Source: an uncultured Ignavibacteriaceae bacterium (lineage in GTDB: Bacteria; Bacteroidota; Ignavibacteria; UBA10030). From it: DNA of 64,000 nt. Shown here piece by piece: positions 1 through 13,291 of this stretch. The DNA lies in NCBI GenBank assembly GCA_964480945.1, contig CAYZRX010000004.1:13396-77395 (forward strand), written 5' to 3'. The position numbers were made by a program, and so were the translations under genes. Numbering within the stretch: the first letter of the stretch is position 1; every line of letters starts with the position of its first letter. The notes beneath the pieces were generated by a model. That model saw only the letters and a list, made by a program, of their open reading frames with translations. It was not told the origin of the DNA and made no database searches.

Positions 1-1591
<1,591 letters not shown>

Positions 1592-1614
<23 letters not shown>

Positions 1615-2104
1615 GTCCTCTTAATTCGTTATATCGTTTCAACTGCTCCGCCGTCAGGATCTGCTTCGTTCGCAGATGAGCCTGGAGATGAATGAAGCGC
1701 AGGTCGGCACGGAGCTTTCCGATCTCCTCCAGCTTCACGCGAAGCACCTTCTCACTCACGCTCCCCGATGCGAAGAGCTTGTTCAACTCCTCCTCGGCCT
1801 GGACGATCTCCTCTCCTTTCACGACAGTGGAGCTGCTGATGACCTTCTCAAGCGCTTCGGTCCTCATCAGCTGATCGCGTGAGAGTCCGAGTTCATCCTT
1901 GAGGTCGAGCACGTGTCTTGGTCCGGGATAGCCGTTCTCTTCGGCATAAGAAGCCAGCCCCATCCCCAGGCCTTTGAGCAGCTCTTCGCGGTCGGAAGGA
2001 ATGACCGCCTGGGCCAATCCGCTCTGGGCAGGCATCAATGAAACGAGGCCGGCCCCGAGAAGAAATGCCAGGCTTGTTTGGTACAGACAACTCGGCAGTC
2101 TCAT
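1592..2104 (-). CDS. Periplasmic LTXXQ-motif protein (Spy/CpxP family-like), with an N-terminal signal peptide.
   Basis: ORF 1592..2137 trimmed to the internal Met, which is preceded by GGAGGAGG. The product begins [33 protein letters not shown], an n-h-c signal. Two LTXXQ-type motifs are present (LSRDQL, LTAEQL) in a K/E-rich helical composition. Its last ~20 nt overlap the carB-C start. Confidence 0.7.
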
Positions 2105-2133
2105 AACATCCTCCTCCAATGCGTCCGCGTGTC

Positions 2134-3606
2134 TCACGCGCTGTAGCTGGACAACTCTTCCTCAAAGTCGACGATCTGCTTCACGTTATAGAGGAACCAG
2201 GGGTCGATCCTGGTGATCTGATAGATTTCGTCGATCGTCGAACCGAGCTGGAAGGCATAGCGAACGAAGAAAGCGTTGTCCGGCTTCGGCATTTTCAGGC
2301 GATCGAGGACCTTCTTCTTCAACTCCTCGCGCTTCTCAGCCGGCATCCCGCGCACATCGAGCACATCCTTTCCGTCAGCTCCAAGACCGTGCCGGCCCTG
2401 CTCCAGCGATCGCAGCGCCTTCTGGAACGCTTCTTTGAAGGTGCGTCCGATCGCCATCGCCTCGCCGACCGACTTCATCTGCACTCCCAGCGTGTCATCG
2501 ACACCTTTGAACTTCTCGAAATCCCAGCGCGGGATCTTCACGACGCAGTAGTCGATGGTGGGCTCGAAAGAGGCCGGTGTCTCTTTCGTGATGTCGTTCG
2601 GGATCTCGTCCAGCGTATACCCGACAGCGAGTTTCGCCGCGATCTTCGCGATCGGGAAACCCGTCGCTTTCGACGCCAGGGCTGAGGAGCGTGAAACGCG
2701 AGGGTTCATTTCGATCACGATCATCTTTCCGGTCTCCGGGTGCACGGCGAACTGAATGTTCGATCCACCGGTCTCGACGCCGATCTCCCGGATGATCCTC
2801 TTGGCACCGTCACGCATCACCTGATACTCTTTGTCCGTCAGCGTCTGTGCCGGGGCGACGGTGATCGAGTCACCGGTGTGCACACCCATCGGATCGAAAT
2901 TCTCAATCGAACAGATGATAACGACGTTATCCTTGAGGTCGCGCATCACCTCCAGCTCATACTCTTTCCACCCGATGACCGACTGTTCCACCAGTACTTG
3001 GTGAATCGGGCTGCTTCCGAGCCCGTGGTCGACCTTCTCTCGAAACTCCTCCATGTTGTACGCCGTTCCCCCTCCGGTTCCTCCGAGCGTGTAGGAAGGC
3101 CGAATGATGATCGGTAGTCCGATCTCCTCGACGACTCTCAGGGCTTCTTCCAGCGAGTGAACGAACGCGCCCCGCGGCGTCCCGAGCCCTGCGTTCCGCA
3201 TCGCTTGCTGGAAGAGCTCGCGATCCTCGGCTTTCTTGATCGCCTCGAGCTTTGCCCCGATCAACTCGACGCCGTACTTCCTCAGCACGCCGCCCTCGGC
3301 CAGTGCCACGGCAATGTTCAGTGCGGTCTGTCCGCCCATCGTCGGCAGGATGGCCTCCGGCCGTTCCTTCGCAATGATCTTTTCGACGATCGCCGGCGTG
3401 ATCGGCTCCACGTACGTTGCATCGGCAAGGTCCGGATCGGTCATGATCGTGGCCGGATTGCTGTTGATGAGGATGACGCGGAACCCCTCCTCACGCAGCA
3501 CTTTGCACGCTTGCGTGCCGGAGTAATCAAATTCACACGCTTGACCAATAACAATGGGACCGGAACCGATGATGAGGATCGACTTGATATCGCTGCGTCG
3601 AGGCAA
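2134..3606 (-). CDS. carB: Carbamoyl-phosphate synthase large subunit, N-terminal half (carboxyphosphate ATP-grasp domain plus the first part of the oligomerization domain).
   Basis: 490-aa product reads [22 protein letters not shown]...[14 protein letters not shown]...[27 protein letters not shown]... and ends ...[19 protein letters not shown]. This aligns with E. coli CarB to about residue 500. Start codon is TTG. Confidence 0.9.
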   Translation of the reverse strand: MPRRSDIKSILIIGSGPIVIGQACEFDYSGTQACKVLREEGFRVILINSNPATIMTDPDLADATYVEPITPAIVEKIIAKERPEAILPTMGGQTALNIAVALAEGGVLRKYGVELIGAKLEAIKKAEDRELFQQAMRNAGLGTPRGAFVHSLEEALRVVEEIGLPIIIRPSYTLGGTGGGTAYNMEEFREKVDHGLGSSPIHQVLVEQSVIGWKEYELEVMRDLKDNVVIICSIENFDPMGVHTGDSITVAPAQTLTDKEYQVMRDGAKRIIREIGVETGGSNIQFAVHPETGKMIVIEMNPRVSRSSALASKATGFPIAKIAAKLAVGYTLDEIPNDITKETPASFEPTIDYCVVKIPRWDFEKFKGVDDTLGVQMKSVGEAMAIGRTFKEAFQKALRSLEQGRHGLGADGKDVLDVRGMPAEKREELKKKVLDRLKMPKPDNAFFVRYAFQLGSTIDEIYQITRIDPWFLYNVKQIVDFEEELSSYSA

Positions 3607-3791
3607 GTTGGCCTTTCAGGCGGGGGGTTTCTGCAAAGCTGGATTCATGTCGGCTTTTAATGTAGCAAGAACGAACAACTTAATCAACAGAAACTCGCAC
3701 AGAAGAAGTTCCAACGGCAGCTTTCCCGGAGTCGACGAGCGCTCTATGAATCAAGAAGGGACGAAGGCACTCAGGTTTTCACCCAAGGGGG

Positions 3792-5768
3792 TCATCGCAG
3801 ATAGATCATCTTGCGTACGCGTATGGGCTTCCCCGAGATGGAGAGGCGGTAGTAGTACACGCCTGATGCCAACCGGGTACCGTCCGCCGCGACCGGAGAG
3901 AACCGGATGGAGTATCGGCCTAGGTCATAGATTCCAGCGAGCCTGATCGAACGCACGACCTCGCCCAACGTATTGTAGACATCGATCCGGACTCTGGAGG
4001 CGGCGGGGAGGTCGAAGCTAATCGTCGTTGTCGAGCTGAAGGGGTTGGGATAGTTCTGCAGAAGGTCGAAATCTTTCGGAGGAGAAAGGAAGGCATCCTT
4101 GAGGATCCAGTTGTCGGGATCGAGCTCAACCGAGGTCGGCGGTTTTGGGAGATTGATGAAAAAGGTCTGATTCTGAGCATCGTTGAAGACTGTGACGGTC
4201 GTGTCGAGTCCTGCGCCGGAGAACCTCAGGTCGAGCGGCATGGTGAAAAAGAGGGGGCTACCCAACGCTCCGGTCTGATCGATCGTAACGCTGACGACAT
4301 AGGATGGACCGCTCCGTTGGGATTCCCAATCGTAGAGATACCTCGGATAGCCCTCTCCGGAAACCCATTCATTGAAGAAGTAGTCCAAGCGGCGGCCAGA
4401 CACGCTTTCACAAACTGACTCGAAGTCCGCCGTTGAAGCCGTCTTGAATCTGAAACGGGCATCGCCGGCGTATTGTTTCATCGCCTGGAAGAACAGCGAA
4501 TCGCCCATCACATGCCTGAGCATATGCAGGACCGTCGCTCCCTTCGCATAAACCAGATCGCTATTGAACAGACTGGACACCGTCGAAGTATCCTGAACGT
4601 GGACCGATCCGACAGCCGACCGGGCCGCATTCATTTCACCGTCCATGTAAGACCGGTAGTCGGCTTGACCGTATCGCTTCTCCCTATACAATGCCACACA
4701 GTAGGTCGCAAAACCCTCGTTGAGCCAGATATCCGGCCAGGTGCTCATGGTAATCATGTCGCCGAACCACTGGTGCGCCAGCTCGTGAGCAATCAGGTTT
4801 TCCGCGAAACTGCCCAATGACGTCATGGTCTGGTGCTCCATACCGCCCCCCCATCCGAATTGAGAGTGACCGTATTTCTCCGTATAGAATGGATAGAGAC
4901 CAAAGAGATCCGAATAAATGTGCAGCATGTCGACCGTTTGGGGAAGGGAGCTCGTCGCAGAATTGATGCTGCCGGGAAGCGCGTAGTCCAGGATCAACAT
5001 CGAATCGACCGACGAGTACTTGAACCAGGAAATGGACTGCGAGTAGCGTGCAATGGCGACGGAGACAAGATACGTCGCGATCGGATATCGGTGCTTCCAC
5101 TTGTGAGTTCTGGTTCCGTCACCGTTATCGACGATCGCGGTCAGCGTTCCCTCCGAACCGACTTTGAAAGTCGAATCGCAGGTGATCCAGACATCCACGG
5201 AGTCGGCCTTATCGCTCGGATGATCCTTGCAGGGCCACCAATCCTTGGCGCCGTACGGCTCGCTGAGCGACCAGATCCACGGGGCCCCGCTTGGGTCCGT
5301 GGCGAAGGAGAAGCTGCCGAAGCCGGAGCTCCCCGGTACGCCGTGATAGAAAATCGTCGTCGTGATCAGCTCGCCCCGCCCGTAGGTTCGATCCAGGGTG
5401 ATCGAAAAATATGACGGCTGTTGCGTCGCGTTCACGCGGAGGCCACCGGCGAAGACGGAATCCACCGCCATGGAATTCATAAGGTCGAGCGAGATCGAAG
5501 AGAGATTGTCGACGGTGCAGGTCGCGACCATCGTAACTGAGCCGATGAGGTTTGAAGGATCGGCCCAAATGTGCAGGTCAAGCTTGTAGTAGGTTACGTC
5601 ATAGCCCTCTTGACCCGGAGTGACTCGCCGAGACAGTTCAGCAAGCGCCGCGTACCGCCGAGCCTCTCCCCTCCTGAGCTGCTTGAGTTGGTACTCCTCC
5701 GATTCCTGAGCGTGCGAAACCTGGAGGGCGAGACAGAAACACGCAAAGCACAGAGACAGTCTTTTCAA
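3792..5768 (-). CDS. Secreted M1-family zinc aminopeptidase carrying a T9SS (Por) C-terminal sorting domain.
   Basis: HELAHQWFG...WLNEGFATY gluzincin motif (HEXXH plus E). N-terminal signal MKRLSLCFACFCLALQVSHAQ. The C-terminal ~80 aa (NYPNPFSSTTTISFDLP...GVYYYRLSISGK...) match a T9SS CTD. Confidence 0.85.
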   Translation of the reverse strand: MKRLSLCFACFCLALQVSHAQESEEYQLKQLRRGEARRYAALAELSRRVTPGQEGYDVTYYKLDLHIWADPSNLIGSVTMVATCTVDNLSSISLDLMNSMAVDSVFAGGLRVNATQQPSYFSITLDRTYGRGELITTTIFYHGVPGSSGFGSFSFATDPSGAPWIWSLSEPYGAKDWWPCKDHPSDKADSVDVWITCDSTFKVGSEGTLTAIVDNGDGTRTHKWKHRYPIATYLVSVAIARYSQSISWFKYSSVDSMLILDYALPGSINSATSSLPQTVDMLHIYSDLFGLYPFYTEKYGHSQFGWGGGMEHQTMTSLGSFAENLIAHELAHQWFGDMITMSTWPDIWLNEGFATYCVALYREKRYGQADYRSYMDGEMNAARSAVGSVHVQDTSTVSSLFNSDLVYAKGATVLHMLRHVMGDSLFFQAMKQYAGDARFRFKTASTADFESVCESVSGRRLDYFFNEWVSGEGYPRYLYDWESQRSGPSYVVSVTIDQTGALGSPLFFTMPLDLRFSGAGLDTTVTVFNDAQNQTFFINLPKPPTSVELDPDNWILKDAFLSPPKDFDLLQNYPNPFSSTTTISFDLPAASRVRIDVYNTLGEVVRSIRLAGIYDLGRYSIRFSPVAADGTRLASGVYYYRLSISGKPIRVRKMIYLR

Positions 5769-5798
5769 CTCACCCTCTCGCTCATCGAAGAATCCCCG

Positions 5799-6707
5799 CT
5801 AGTGTCCACCACCCCAGAGCATCTTGAAAGCATGCAGCAACCCCGGCAGCAACGCGTCGAGAGATTCCTCCGCGCCTCTCTTCGAGCCGGGGAGGTTGAC
5901 GATGATGGTCTTGCCGCGAACACCGGCTTTCGCGCGCGACAGCATCGCCAAGGGAGTTCGCCCCTGCCCGTACGCCCGCGCGGCTTCCACAATTCCCGGT
6001 ATCTCCTTCTCGAGAACCTTCGCCGTCGCTTCGGGAGTCACATCCCTGGAGCTCAGTCCCGTCCCTCCTGTCGTGAACACCAGATCCAGCTTCATGCTGT
6101 CGGCGTACCGAATGAGATTTTGTTCGACCTGACCAGCGTCGTCCGGAATGATCTTCTGCTCGACGACCTCGACACCTTTTTCCTTCAACCTCTCCGCGAT
6201 GTGCCGGCCGGAGAAATCCTCCTTTTTGCCGGAGGCTATGGAATCCGACATCACAAGCACCGCCGCGCGCAGCGGCTTCTGTGACGACTCCGCATAGTCC
6301 GACTTGCCCCCCTTTTTGCTCAGCAAGCGGACCTCGGCGATCTCCATCGACTCATCGACCGCTTTCGCCATATCGTAGATGGTGAGGGCCGCGGCGGACG
6401 CGGCCGTCAACGCTTCCATTTCGACCCCCGTCTTGTAAACGGCCTTGACTTCGGTCGTTATTTCGATCGAGTTTGCGCCCAGTTCGAATCTGCAGTCGAC
6501 GTAGTCGATCGGGATGGGGTGACAGTACGGGATCATGTGGCTGGTGTTCTTCGCCGCCTGGACGGCAGCCACCTTTGCGACAGGGAGAGGGTCGCCTTTT
6601 GGGATCTTGTTCTCCCGGATAAGTTGAATCGTCTCTGGACTTACTCTCAGCACCGCCCGCGCAAGCGCCGTACGGAGCGTGTTCGTTTTGTTCGAGATAT
6701 CTTTCAT
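5799..6707 (-). CDS. moaC: Bifunctional molybdenum-cofactor biosynthesis protein: MoaC (cyclic pyranopterin monophosphate synthase) fused to a MogA/MoaB-type domain.
   Basis: ORF 5799..6797 trimmed to Met-31 (MKDISNK...). The N-terminal half matches MoaC (HMIPYCHPIPID..., ALTAASAAALTIYDM). The C-terminal half matches MogA/MoaB (LVFTTGGTGLSSRDVTPEA, IIVNLPGS). Confidence 0.85.
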   Translation of the reverse strand: MKDISNKTNTLRTALARAVLRVSPETIQLIRENKIPKGDPLPVAKVAAVQAAKNTSHMIPYCHPIPIDYVDCRFELGANSIEITTEVKAVYKTGVEMEALTAASAAALTIYDMAKAVDESMEIAEVRLLSKKGGKSDYAESSQKPLRAAVLVMSDSIASGKKEDFSGRHIAERLKEKGVEVVEQKIIPDDAGQVEQNLIRYADSMKLDLVFTTGGTGLSSRDVTPEATAKVLEKEIPGIVEAARAYGQGRTPLAMLSRAKAGVRGKTIIVNLPGSKRGAEESLDALLPGLLHAFKMLWGGGH

Positions 6708-6898
6708 AGTTTTGGGGAAAATATACAGAGAAGAAACCTGAAAGTCAGCCGTTCGCGGGTTCCTTGGACATTCTCCTTGCTCATTCTGGCGATTCACCGG
6801 AATTTTTTCATATATTCTAGCGGTTTTACTTCAACGGAGGCACTCAGCGGCTTTCCAACACACTATCAGAGGCATCGCCCGCAATTCTGGAGGAGATC

Positions 6899-9676
6899 AT
6901 GCAACAGAAAGATAGTTTTCAAACCAAATCAAGCATTACGGCCGACGGCAAGAGTTATTCGATGTTTTCATTAAAGCGTCTCGAAAAAGCTTTCCCAAAA
7001 TCTCTCGACCGGCTGCCGATTTCGCTGAAAATCCTGCTGGAAAACCTCCTCCGCCACGAGGATGGCAGGGCTGTTCGACGCGAGGACATTGAAGCACTCC
7101 TGCGTTGGGATCCGAAGGCGACGCCAGCCAAGGAAATCGCCTTTATGCCGGCCCGCGTCCTGCTGCAGGATTTCACGGGCGTACCGTGTATCGTCGACCT
7201 CGCCGTCATGCGCGACGCAATCGTGAAGCTCGGTGGGGATCCAAACAAGATCAACCCGCTCCAGCCTGTCGACCTTGTGATCGACCACTCTGTGCAGGTT
7301 GACTACTTCGGGTCCCCCTCTGCGTTTGCGCTGAACGTCGAAGCGGAATTCAAGCGGAACAAAGAACGGTACGCGTTCCTCCGCTGGGGACAGCAGGCTT
7401 TCAAGAATTTCCGCGTCGTCCCTCCGGGAACTGGCATCGTTCACCAGATCAACCTTGAATACCTCGCCCGGACGGTCTTCACGGCACAGTTGAATGGGGA
7501 GACGTGGGCTTATCCGGACACCCTCGTGGGCACGGACTCGCACACCACGATGATCAACGGCTTAGGAGTGCTTGGCTGGGGGGTCGGCGGCATCGAGGCG
7601 GAGGCGGCGATGCTCGGTCAACCGATTTCCATGCTGATCCCGCAGGTTGTCGGCTTCAAGCTTACCGGCAAGCTGAGGCCCGGTGCGACGGCGACCGACC
7701 TCGTGCTCGTCGCGACCCAGGTGCTTCGCAAGAAAGGGGTCGTCGGGAAGTTCGTGGAGTACTTCGGGCCGGGACTCTCATCGCTCTCGCTCGCCGACCG
7801 GGCGACCATCGCAAACATGTCTCCGGAGTACGGAGCGACGATGGGATTCTTCCCTGTCGACGAGGGGACGCTCGACTTTCTTCGCTTCACCGGGCGCAGC
7901 AACGAGCTCGTTACGCTCGTCGAGGCCTACACTCGGGAGCAGGGGCTCTTCCATTCACACAACGCTCCCGAGCCTGAGTTCAGCGATCTTCTCGAGCTCG
8001 ACCTCGGCACGGTCGATCCCAGCCTGGCCGGACCGAAGCGCCCGCAGGACCGCGTACCGCTTTCGCAGGCAAAGGGCGCGTATCGAAAGGCATTGGTGGA
8101 GATGCTCGAAGCGAAGGGAATCTCGATCGACAAACAAGCCGCAACCGCCTGGATCAATCAGTCAAATGACTCGAAGATTCAGCCGGCCAAGCAATCTCTT
8201 CCCGACAGCGTCCTTAAGACGGTGCCTGTTCGGAAGAACGGCTCTCAGTTCGAACTCAGCAACGGGTCGGTGGTAATTGCGGCAATCACAAGCTGCACGA
8301 ACACGTCGAACCCCTCCGTCATGGTGGCAGCAGGACTTCTGGCGAAAAAAGCTGTCGAGCGAGGATTGGGATCCAAGCCGTGGGTGAAGACAAGCCTCGC
8401 CCCCGGTTCGAAGGTCGTGACGGACTACCTGCGGGAGGCCGGGCTCGACAATTACCTGAATCAGTTGGGATTCAATCTCGTCGGCTACGGGTGCACCACG
8501 TGCATCGGCAATAGCGGCCCGCTCCCGGAGCCGATCGCGAAGGCTGTTCAGGACAACGATCTCGTCGCCGTATCGGTGCTTTCAGGCAACCGGAACTTTG
8601 AAGGGCGCGTACACTCGCAGGTTCGAGCAAACTACCTCGCTTCCCCGCCGCTCGTCGTCGCCTATGCACTCGCCGGCACGATGAACATGGACATTCAGAA
8701 TGAGCCGATCGGAACGGGAAAAGACGGGAAGCCGGTGCACCTCAGAGACATCTGGCCGACGCCCGAGGAGGTCGAATCGACGATCCGCTCGTGTGTGAAA
8801 TCGGAGATGTTCCGTCATCAGTATTCGAATGTGTTTGAGGGGAGCAGCGAATGGAAGTCCCTACCCGTCCCCACGGGGGCGCGCTACGAGTGGGATCCCG
8901 CGTCGACGTACATCAAAGCCGCTCCATTCTTCGAGGATTTTCCCAAAGAACCGAAGCCCCGGCAGGACATCGTCGGTGCCAGGGCCCTCGCGCTCCTCGG
9001 CGATTCGGTGACGACGGACCACATCTCGCCAGCCGGCTCCATCTCGACCAAGGGTCCCGCGGGGAAGTATTTGATCGGACACAGCGTCCAGCCCCTCGAG
9101 TTCAATTCTTATGGCTCGCGCCGTGGAAATCATGAAGTCATGATGCGCGGAACCTTCGCCAACATCCGGCTGAGGAACCTGCTCGCTCCGGGAACAGAGG
9201 GGGGCGTTACCGTTCATCCGTCATCGAAAGAGCCGATCTCGATCTACGACGCGGCGATGAAATACCGGGAGGAGGGAACTCCCCTCATCATCATCGCCGG
9301 GAAGGAATACGGATCCGGCTCATCGAGGGATTGGGCCGCAAAAGGCCCGCGGCTTCTCGGTGTCGGTGCGGTGATTGCGGAGAGCTTCGAGAGAATCCAC
9401 CGGAGCAACCTCGTCGGAATGGGCGTTCTGCCGCTGCAGTTTGAAGAGGGCCAGTCCGCGAAGACCCTCGGCCTGACGGGATTCGAAACGTACACAATTG
9501 AAGGAATTTCGAAGGGACTCCAGCCCCGGCAGAAGATGAGCGTGAAGGCGACGGACGCAAGCGGCGCGACGAAGACCTTCACGGTCCTGTCCCGCATCGA
9601 TACGCCAAACGAAGTCGACTACTACAAGAACGACGGCATCCTGTCGTTCGTGCTGCGCTCGTTATTGAAGGGGTAG
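6899..9676 (+). CDS. acnA: Aconitate hydratase A.
   Basis: 925 aa with full aconitase-family signatures ([23 protein letters not shown], swivel domain). GGAGGAG SD upstream of the ATG. Confidence 0.95.
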   Translation: MQQKDSFQTKSSITADGKSYSMFSLKRLEKAFPKSLDRLPISLKILLENLLRHEDGRAVRREDIEALLRWDPKATPAKEIAFMPARVLLQDFTGVPCIVDLAVMRDAIVKLGGDPNKINPLQPVDLVIDHSVQVDYFGSPSAFALNVEAEFKRNKERYAFLRWGQQAFKNFRVVPPGTGIVHQINLEYLARTVFTAQLNGETWAYPDTLVGTDSHTTMINGLGVLGWGVGGIEAEAAMLGQPISMLIPQVVGFKLTGKLRPGATATDLVLVATQVLRKKGVVGKFVEYFGPGLSSLSLADRATIANMSPEYGATMGFFPVDEGTLDFLRFTGRSNELVTLVEAYTREQGLFHSHNAPEPEFSDLLELDLGTVDPSLAGPKRPQDRVPLSQAKGAYRKALVEMLEAKGISIDKQAATAWINQSNDSKIQPAKQSLPDSVLKTVPVRKNGSQFELSNGSVVIAAITSCTNTSNPSVMVAAGLLAKKAVERGLGSKPWVKTSLAPGSKVVTDYLREAGLDNYLNQLGFNLVGYGCTTCIGNSGPLPEPIAKAVQDNDLVAVSVLSGNRNFEGRVHSQVRANYLASPPLVVAYALAGTMNMDIQNEPIGTGKDGKPVHLRDIWPTPEEVESTIRSCVKSEMFRHQYSNVFEGSSEWKSLPVPTGARYEWDPASTYIKAAPFFEDFPKEPKPRQDIVGARALALLGDSVTTDHISPAGSISTKGPAGKYLIGHSVQPLEFNSYGSRRGNHEVMMRGTFANIRLRNLLAPGTEGGVTVHPSSKEPISIYDAAMKYREEGTPLIIIAGKEYGSGSSRDWAAKGPRLLGVGAVIAESFERIHRSNLVGMGVLPLQFEEGQSAKTLGLTGFETYTIEGISKGLQPRQKMSVKATDASGATKTFTVLSRIDTPNEVDYYKNDGILSFVLRSLLKG

Positions 9677-9740
9677 TTGTTGCTGTGCCGCGAGCCTCCC
9701 CGTCGCCGAAAACGGCTGGGGAGACTCGTGGCGCGCACGG

Positions 9741-12188
9741 TCAGTTCGTTATCGCGAGATCGCCGACGGGGTCCACCTGCCGATCGCCTTTCGTCAGCTC
9801 CCGCCGCTGAAGAGCGATCTGAAGAACTTCGTCCATCTCCTTCACAAAATAGAACTGCAGACTCTCCCGCACGCGCTGGGGGATTTCCTCCAAGTCGTTT
9901 CGATTTCTCTCAGGCAGCAGAACGGACTTCAGCCCCGCCCGATGCGCTGCAAGAACCTTCTCTTTGACGCCGCCGATCGGCAGGACAGCGCCGCGCAGCG
10001 TGATCTCACCGGTCATCGCCAGGTCGTTGCGAACGAGCCGGCCCGTCAACAGCGAGGTAAGGGCCGTCAGCATGGTGACGCCGGCGGACGGTCCATCCTT
10101 CGGCGTCGCCCCAGCCGGAACGTGGATGTGAATATCGTAGCGTGAGCGGAACGACTCGTCGATCCCGAGCCTCTCGGCTTGCGACGAGATGTAGCTGAGC
10201 GCCGCCTGGGCGGACTCCTTCATCACATCGCCCAATTGGCCGGTGAGGATCAGGTTTCCCTTCCCTTTCATCTTCGTCGCCTCGATGAAGAGAATTTCTC
10301 CTCCGACCGGCGTCCACGCCAAACCGGTTGCGATGCCCGGCTTGTTCAGGCGCTCGGCCACATCCGAGAAGTACTTCTGCTGACCGAGATAGTTCGAGAG
10401 AAGATCGAGGGTCACGTTCGTCCCTCCTGTCCTTCCTTCCACAACTTCGCGGGCCACGCCGCGGCACACGTCGGCAATGCGGCGTTCCAGCGAACGGACG
10501 CCGGCCTCCCGCGTGTACCCGGTAATGATCTTTCTCACCGCATCGTCGTCGAATTGGACCAACGCCTCCGTCAGACCGTGCTCCTTCCGTTGTTTCGGGA
10601 TCAGGAAGTCCTTCGCAATCTGCAGCTTTTCCTCCTCGACGTAGCTCGGCATCTCGATGATCTCCATCCGGTCGCGCAGCGCGGGAGGAATGGCATCCAG
10701 CATATTGGCCGTGGCGATGAAGAGCACGTTCGACAGATCAAACTGGAGCTCGATGTAGTGATCGCTGAAGGTCGAGTTCTGCTCGGGGTCCAGAACTTCC
10801 AGGAGCGCCGATGCAGGGTCGCCCCGGAAGTCCATTCCAATCTTGTCCACCTCGTCGAGCATGAACACAGGATTGTTCGACCCCGCTCTCTTGATGCCCT
10901 GGATAATGCGTCCCGGCAGCGCGCCGATGTACGTGCGACGGTGTCCCCGGATCTCCGCCTCGTCGTGCACGCCGCCCAACGACATCCTCACGAACTTTCG
11001 CCCGAGGGCGTTCGCAATGGAACGGCCGAGGGACGTTTTGCCGACACCCGGAGGGCCCACGAAGCAAAGGATCGGACCGCGCATGCCTTCCTTTTGCTTC
11101 AACTTCCTGACCGCGAGGTATTCAAGGATTCGATTCTTCACTTTGGTGAGGCCGTAGTGATCGTGCTCCAGGACTCCGCGCGCCTTGGAAATGTCGAGGT
11201 TGTCCTCCGTGGAGACGAGCCATGGGAGCTCAAGAAGCCATTCAAGATATGTCCGTGAAACCATGTATTCCGCAGCCGCGGCATTCATCTTCGAAAGCCG
11301 CTCCAACTCCTTCCCTGCTGCCTTCCGCACCTCGTCCGGCAACTTCACCGTCTCCATCCGCCTCCGGAATTCATTTACTTCGACGTTGTCCGACCTCTCG
11401 CCCAGCTCCTTCTGGATTGCCTTCAGCTGCTCGCGAAGATAATACTCGCGCTGCGTTTTGTTGATCTCGTCCTGTACGTCAGTCTTGATCTTTGCCCCGA
11501 GCTCCAGCCTCTGAACGATCTCGCTCAGCAGAAAATGAACCTTGTTCAGACGTTCCTTGACATTCAGGAGTTCGAGAATCTTCTGCTTCTCGGCCACAGG
11601 CAGAGTGACGAGCGACGACGCCGCATCAGCGACGGCTCCCCCGTCCTCCATATTCAAAACGATGGAGAGATGCTCGTCGGTCAGTTCGTTGGTGAGCTCA
11701 ACGAGTCGCTGGAACACGGATTTGACGGTTGTGGCCAACGCATCGACCTCGATCCCCGTTGCCTTCTCGTCGTCAAGACGTTGCGTCGCGGCTCGGATCA
11801 CCGGTTCAACTTGAAGGAACGTCAGGACGCGCGCGCGGTAGAGACCCTGGAGTACTACGTTTTTCGACCCATCGGGCAGGTTGAATGTCTTGAGAACGCG
11901 TGCCACCGTCCCCACCAGGTAGAGATCCTCTTGCTTCGGAGTCTCAACCGTGCTCTCCTTTTGTGCAAGGATCAAGATGTTTGTATTCTCCCGCTGAGCC
12001 TCTTGGACGACGAGGAGGCTTCCCTCCCGCCCAACCGCCAACGGGAAGATCTGCTTCGGGAAAAAAACGGAGTTTCGCACCGGGATGACCGGGATGGATT
12101 CGGGCAAGTTGACGACTGTTCGCCCTTGATTCTCCTCAGGCTCCTGTACATCTTTTTCCCTCCCCTCAACATTCTTCTTTCGTGCCAT
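9741..12188 (-). CDS. lon: ATP-dependent Lon protease.
   Basis: 815 aa. Has an LON N-domain, an AAA+ Walker A ([15 protein letters not shown]) and a Lon protease domain with the catalytic Ser motif ([15 protein letters not shown]). Confidence 0.95.
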   Translation of the reverse strand: MARKKNVEGREKDVQEPEENQGRTVVNLPESIPVIPVRNSVFFPKQIFPLAVGREGSLLVVQEAQRENTNILILAQKESTVETPKQEDLYLVGTVARVLKTFNLPDGSKNVVLQGLYRARVLTFLQVEPVIRAATQRLDDEKATGIEVDALATTVKSVFQRLVELTNELTDEHLSIVLNMEDGGAVADAASSLVTLPVAEKQKILELLNVKERLNKVHFLLSEIVQRLELGAKIKTDVQDEINKTQREYYLREQLKAIQKELGERSDNVEVNEFRRRMETVKLPDEVRKAAGKELERLSKMNAAAAEYMVSRTYLEWLLELPWLVSTEDNLDISKARGVLEHDHYGLTKVKNRILEYLAVRKLKQKEGMRGPILCFVGPPGVGKTSLGRSIANALGRKFVRMSLGGVHDEAEIRGHRRTYIGALPGRIIQGIKRAGSNNPVFMLDEVDKIGMDFRGDPASALLEVLDPEQNSTFSDHYIELQFDLSNVLFIATANMLDAIPPALRDRMEIIEMPSYVEEEKLQIAKDFLIPKQRKEHGLTEALVQFDDDAVRKIITGYTREAGVRSLERRIADVCRGVAREVVEGRTGGTNVTLDLLSNYLGQQKYFSDVAERLNKPGIATGLAWTPVGGEILFIEATKMKGKGNLILTGQLGDVMKESAQAALSYISSQAERLGIDESFRSRYDIHIHVPAGATPKDGPSAGVTMLTALTSLLTGRLVRNDLAMTGEITLRGAVLPIGGVKEKVLAAHRAGLKSVLLPERNRNDLEEIPQRVRESLQFYFVKEMDEVLQIALQRRELTKGDRQVDPVGDLAITN

Positions 12189-12618
12189 GACACTTCTCCT
12201 CGAAAATAATGACCACTTCCTCTAGTGAACACTCGCTGGAGAGGCAACTTCTTCCGTGAACGACCTTTCCGTTCCTCCCACCTTGTCCGAAGTCATCGTC
12301 CTTTAGACTCTCCACCTCTCAGACTAAGGTCAAACAACGTGCCATCTCGGTCCGCTAAACTGCCTCCAATCTCCGCGATTCCGCTAAGCCCTCTTTCGTC
12401 ACTTTGACAGATATGGGACTTTCTGTCACGGGAAATCAGAATCGGATGCATCACTGTCAGGTCAATCTGTCAAACAGAGCTCGTAGTATCGAAGGATACT
12501 CACGACGGAATTGCCCGTTCCCTGTCGATCCGCTTGAACCTTTTCCGAATATCTCGCATCGTACACAAAGTAGCCTTGTTCCTTTTTCCAAGATCAAACC
12601 ACGAAGGAGAAGTCCGCC

Positions 12619-12852
12619 ATGCCGATTTTCGACTACAAGTGCAACGACTGCGGGAAAACGTACGATGTGTTTCACAAGGTGCGCGAGGTTATTGATGACG
12701 TCGTGTGCCCTCAGTGTGGATCGCCGAACCACAAGCGACTTATGTCCGTTCCATCGGTTGCGATCGCCGGGAAATCGAGTTCGGATTTCGAGAGCGGTTC
12801 ATCGTGTGGTGTGGGAGGAGGATGTTGCGGCGGATCGTGCGAATTGAACTAG
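12619..12852 (+). CDS. FmdB-family zinc-ribbon protein (putative regulatory protein).
   Basis: MPIFDYKCNDCGKTYDV...CPQCGS pattern typical of FmdB zinc ribbons, followed by a Gly/Cys-rich tail. AGGAGAAG SD upstream. Confidence 0.6.
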   Translation: MPIFDYKCNDCGKTYDVFHKVREVIDDVVCPQCGSPNHKRLMSVPSVAIAGKSSSDFESGSSCGVGGGCCGGSCELN

Positions 12853-12871
12853 GCGAGAGAGCAATAACACG

Positions 12872-13291
12872 ATGGCACAAAGAACCATCTTCGTTGGCAT
12901 TCTGCTCAGCTTGTTCGTTGTGGGCGGCTGCAGCTTGTTTCACGAACGGGAGAGTTCCGTCAACTCCGTCTCCGTTCCGCAGGTAGCGCGACTTCTGGAG
13001 AGTGATACGACCGTGTTCTTGCTCGACGTTCGAACGCCCGAAGAATGGAAGAGTGAGACAGGCCATCTGAAGGGAGCCCTTCTCATCCCGCTTCAGGATC
13101 TGGAAACTCAAATCAGTGACCTGACACCTTACAAGAAGAAAAGCATCATCGTCTACTGTCGGACAGGCAAACGAAGCCAGAGGGCGGCCAAGATTCTGGC
13201 AGACAAGGGCTACCGGGCTCTCAGCATGGAGGGCGGTATAATGAAATGGAATGCTGAGGGCCTACCGGTTGTCAAAGAAGGCGATCAATGA
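12872..13291 (+). CDS. Rhodanese-domain sulfurtransferase, probable lipoprotein.
   Basis: Lipobox-like LLSLFVVGGCSLF. Rhodanese fold with the active-site Cys in the loop YCRTGKRS. Confidence 0.75.
   Translation: MAQRTIFVGILLSLFVVGGCSLFHERESSVNSVSVPQVARLLESDTTVFLLDVRTPEEWKSETGHLKGALLIPLQDLETQISDLTPYKKKSIIVYCRTGKRSQRAAKILADKGYRALSMEGGIMKWNAEGLPVVKEGDQ

Noticed and set aside
12318-12350. CIRCE-like element TTAGACTCT-N9-AGACTAAG upstream of lon
   Set aside because: The arms are mirror repeats, not inverted repeats (TTAGACT versus AGACTAA). It does not match TTAGCACTC-N9-GAGTGCTAA.
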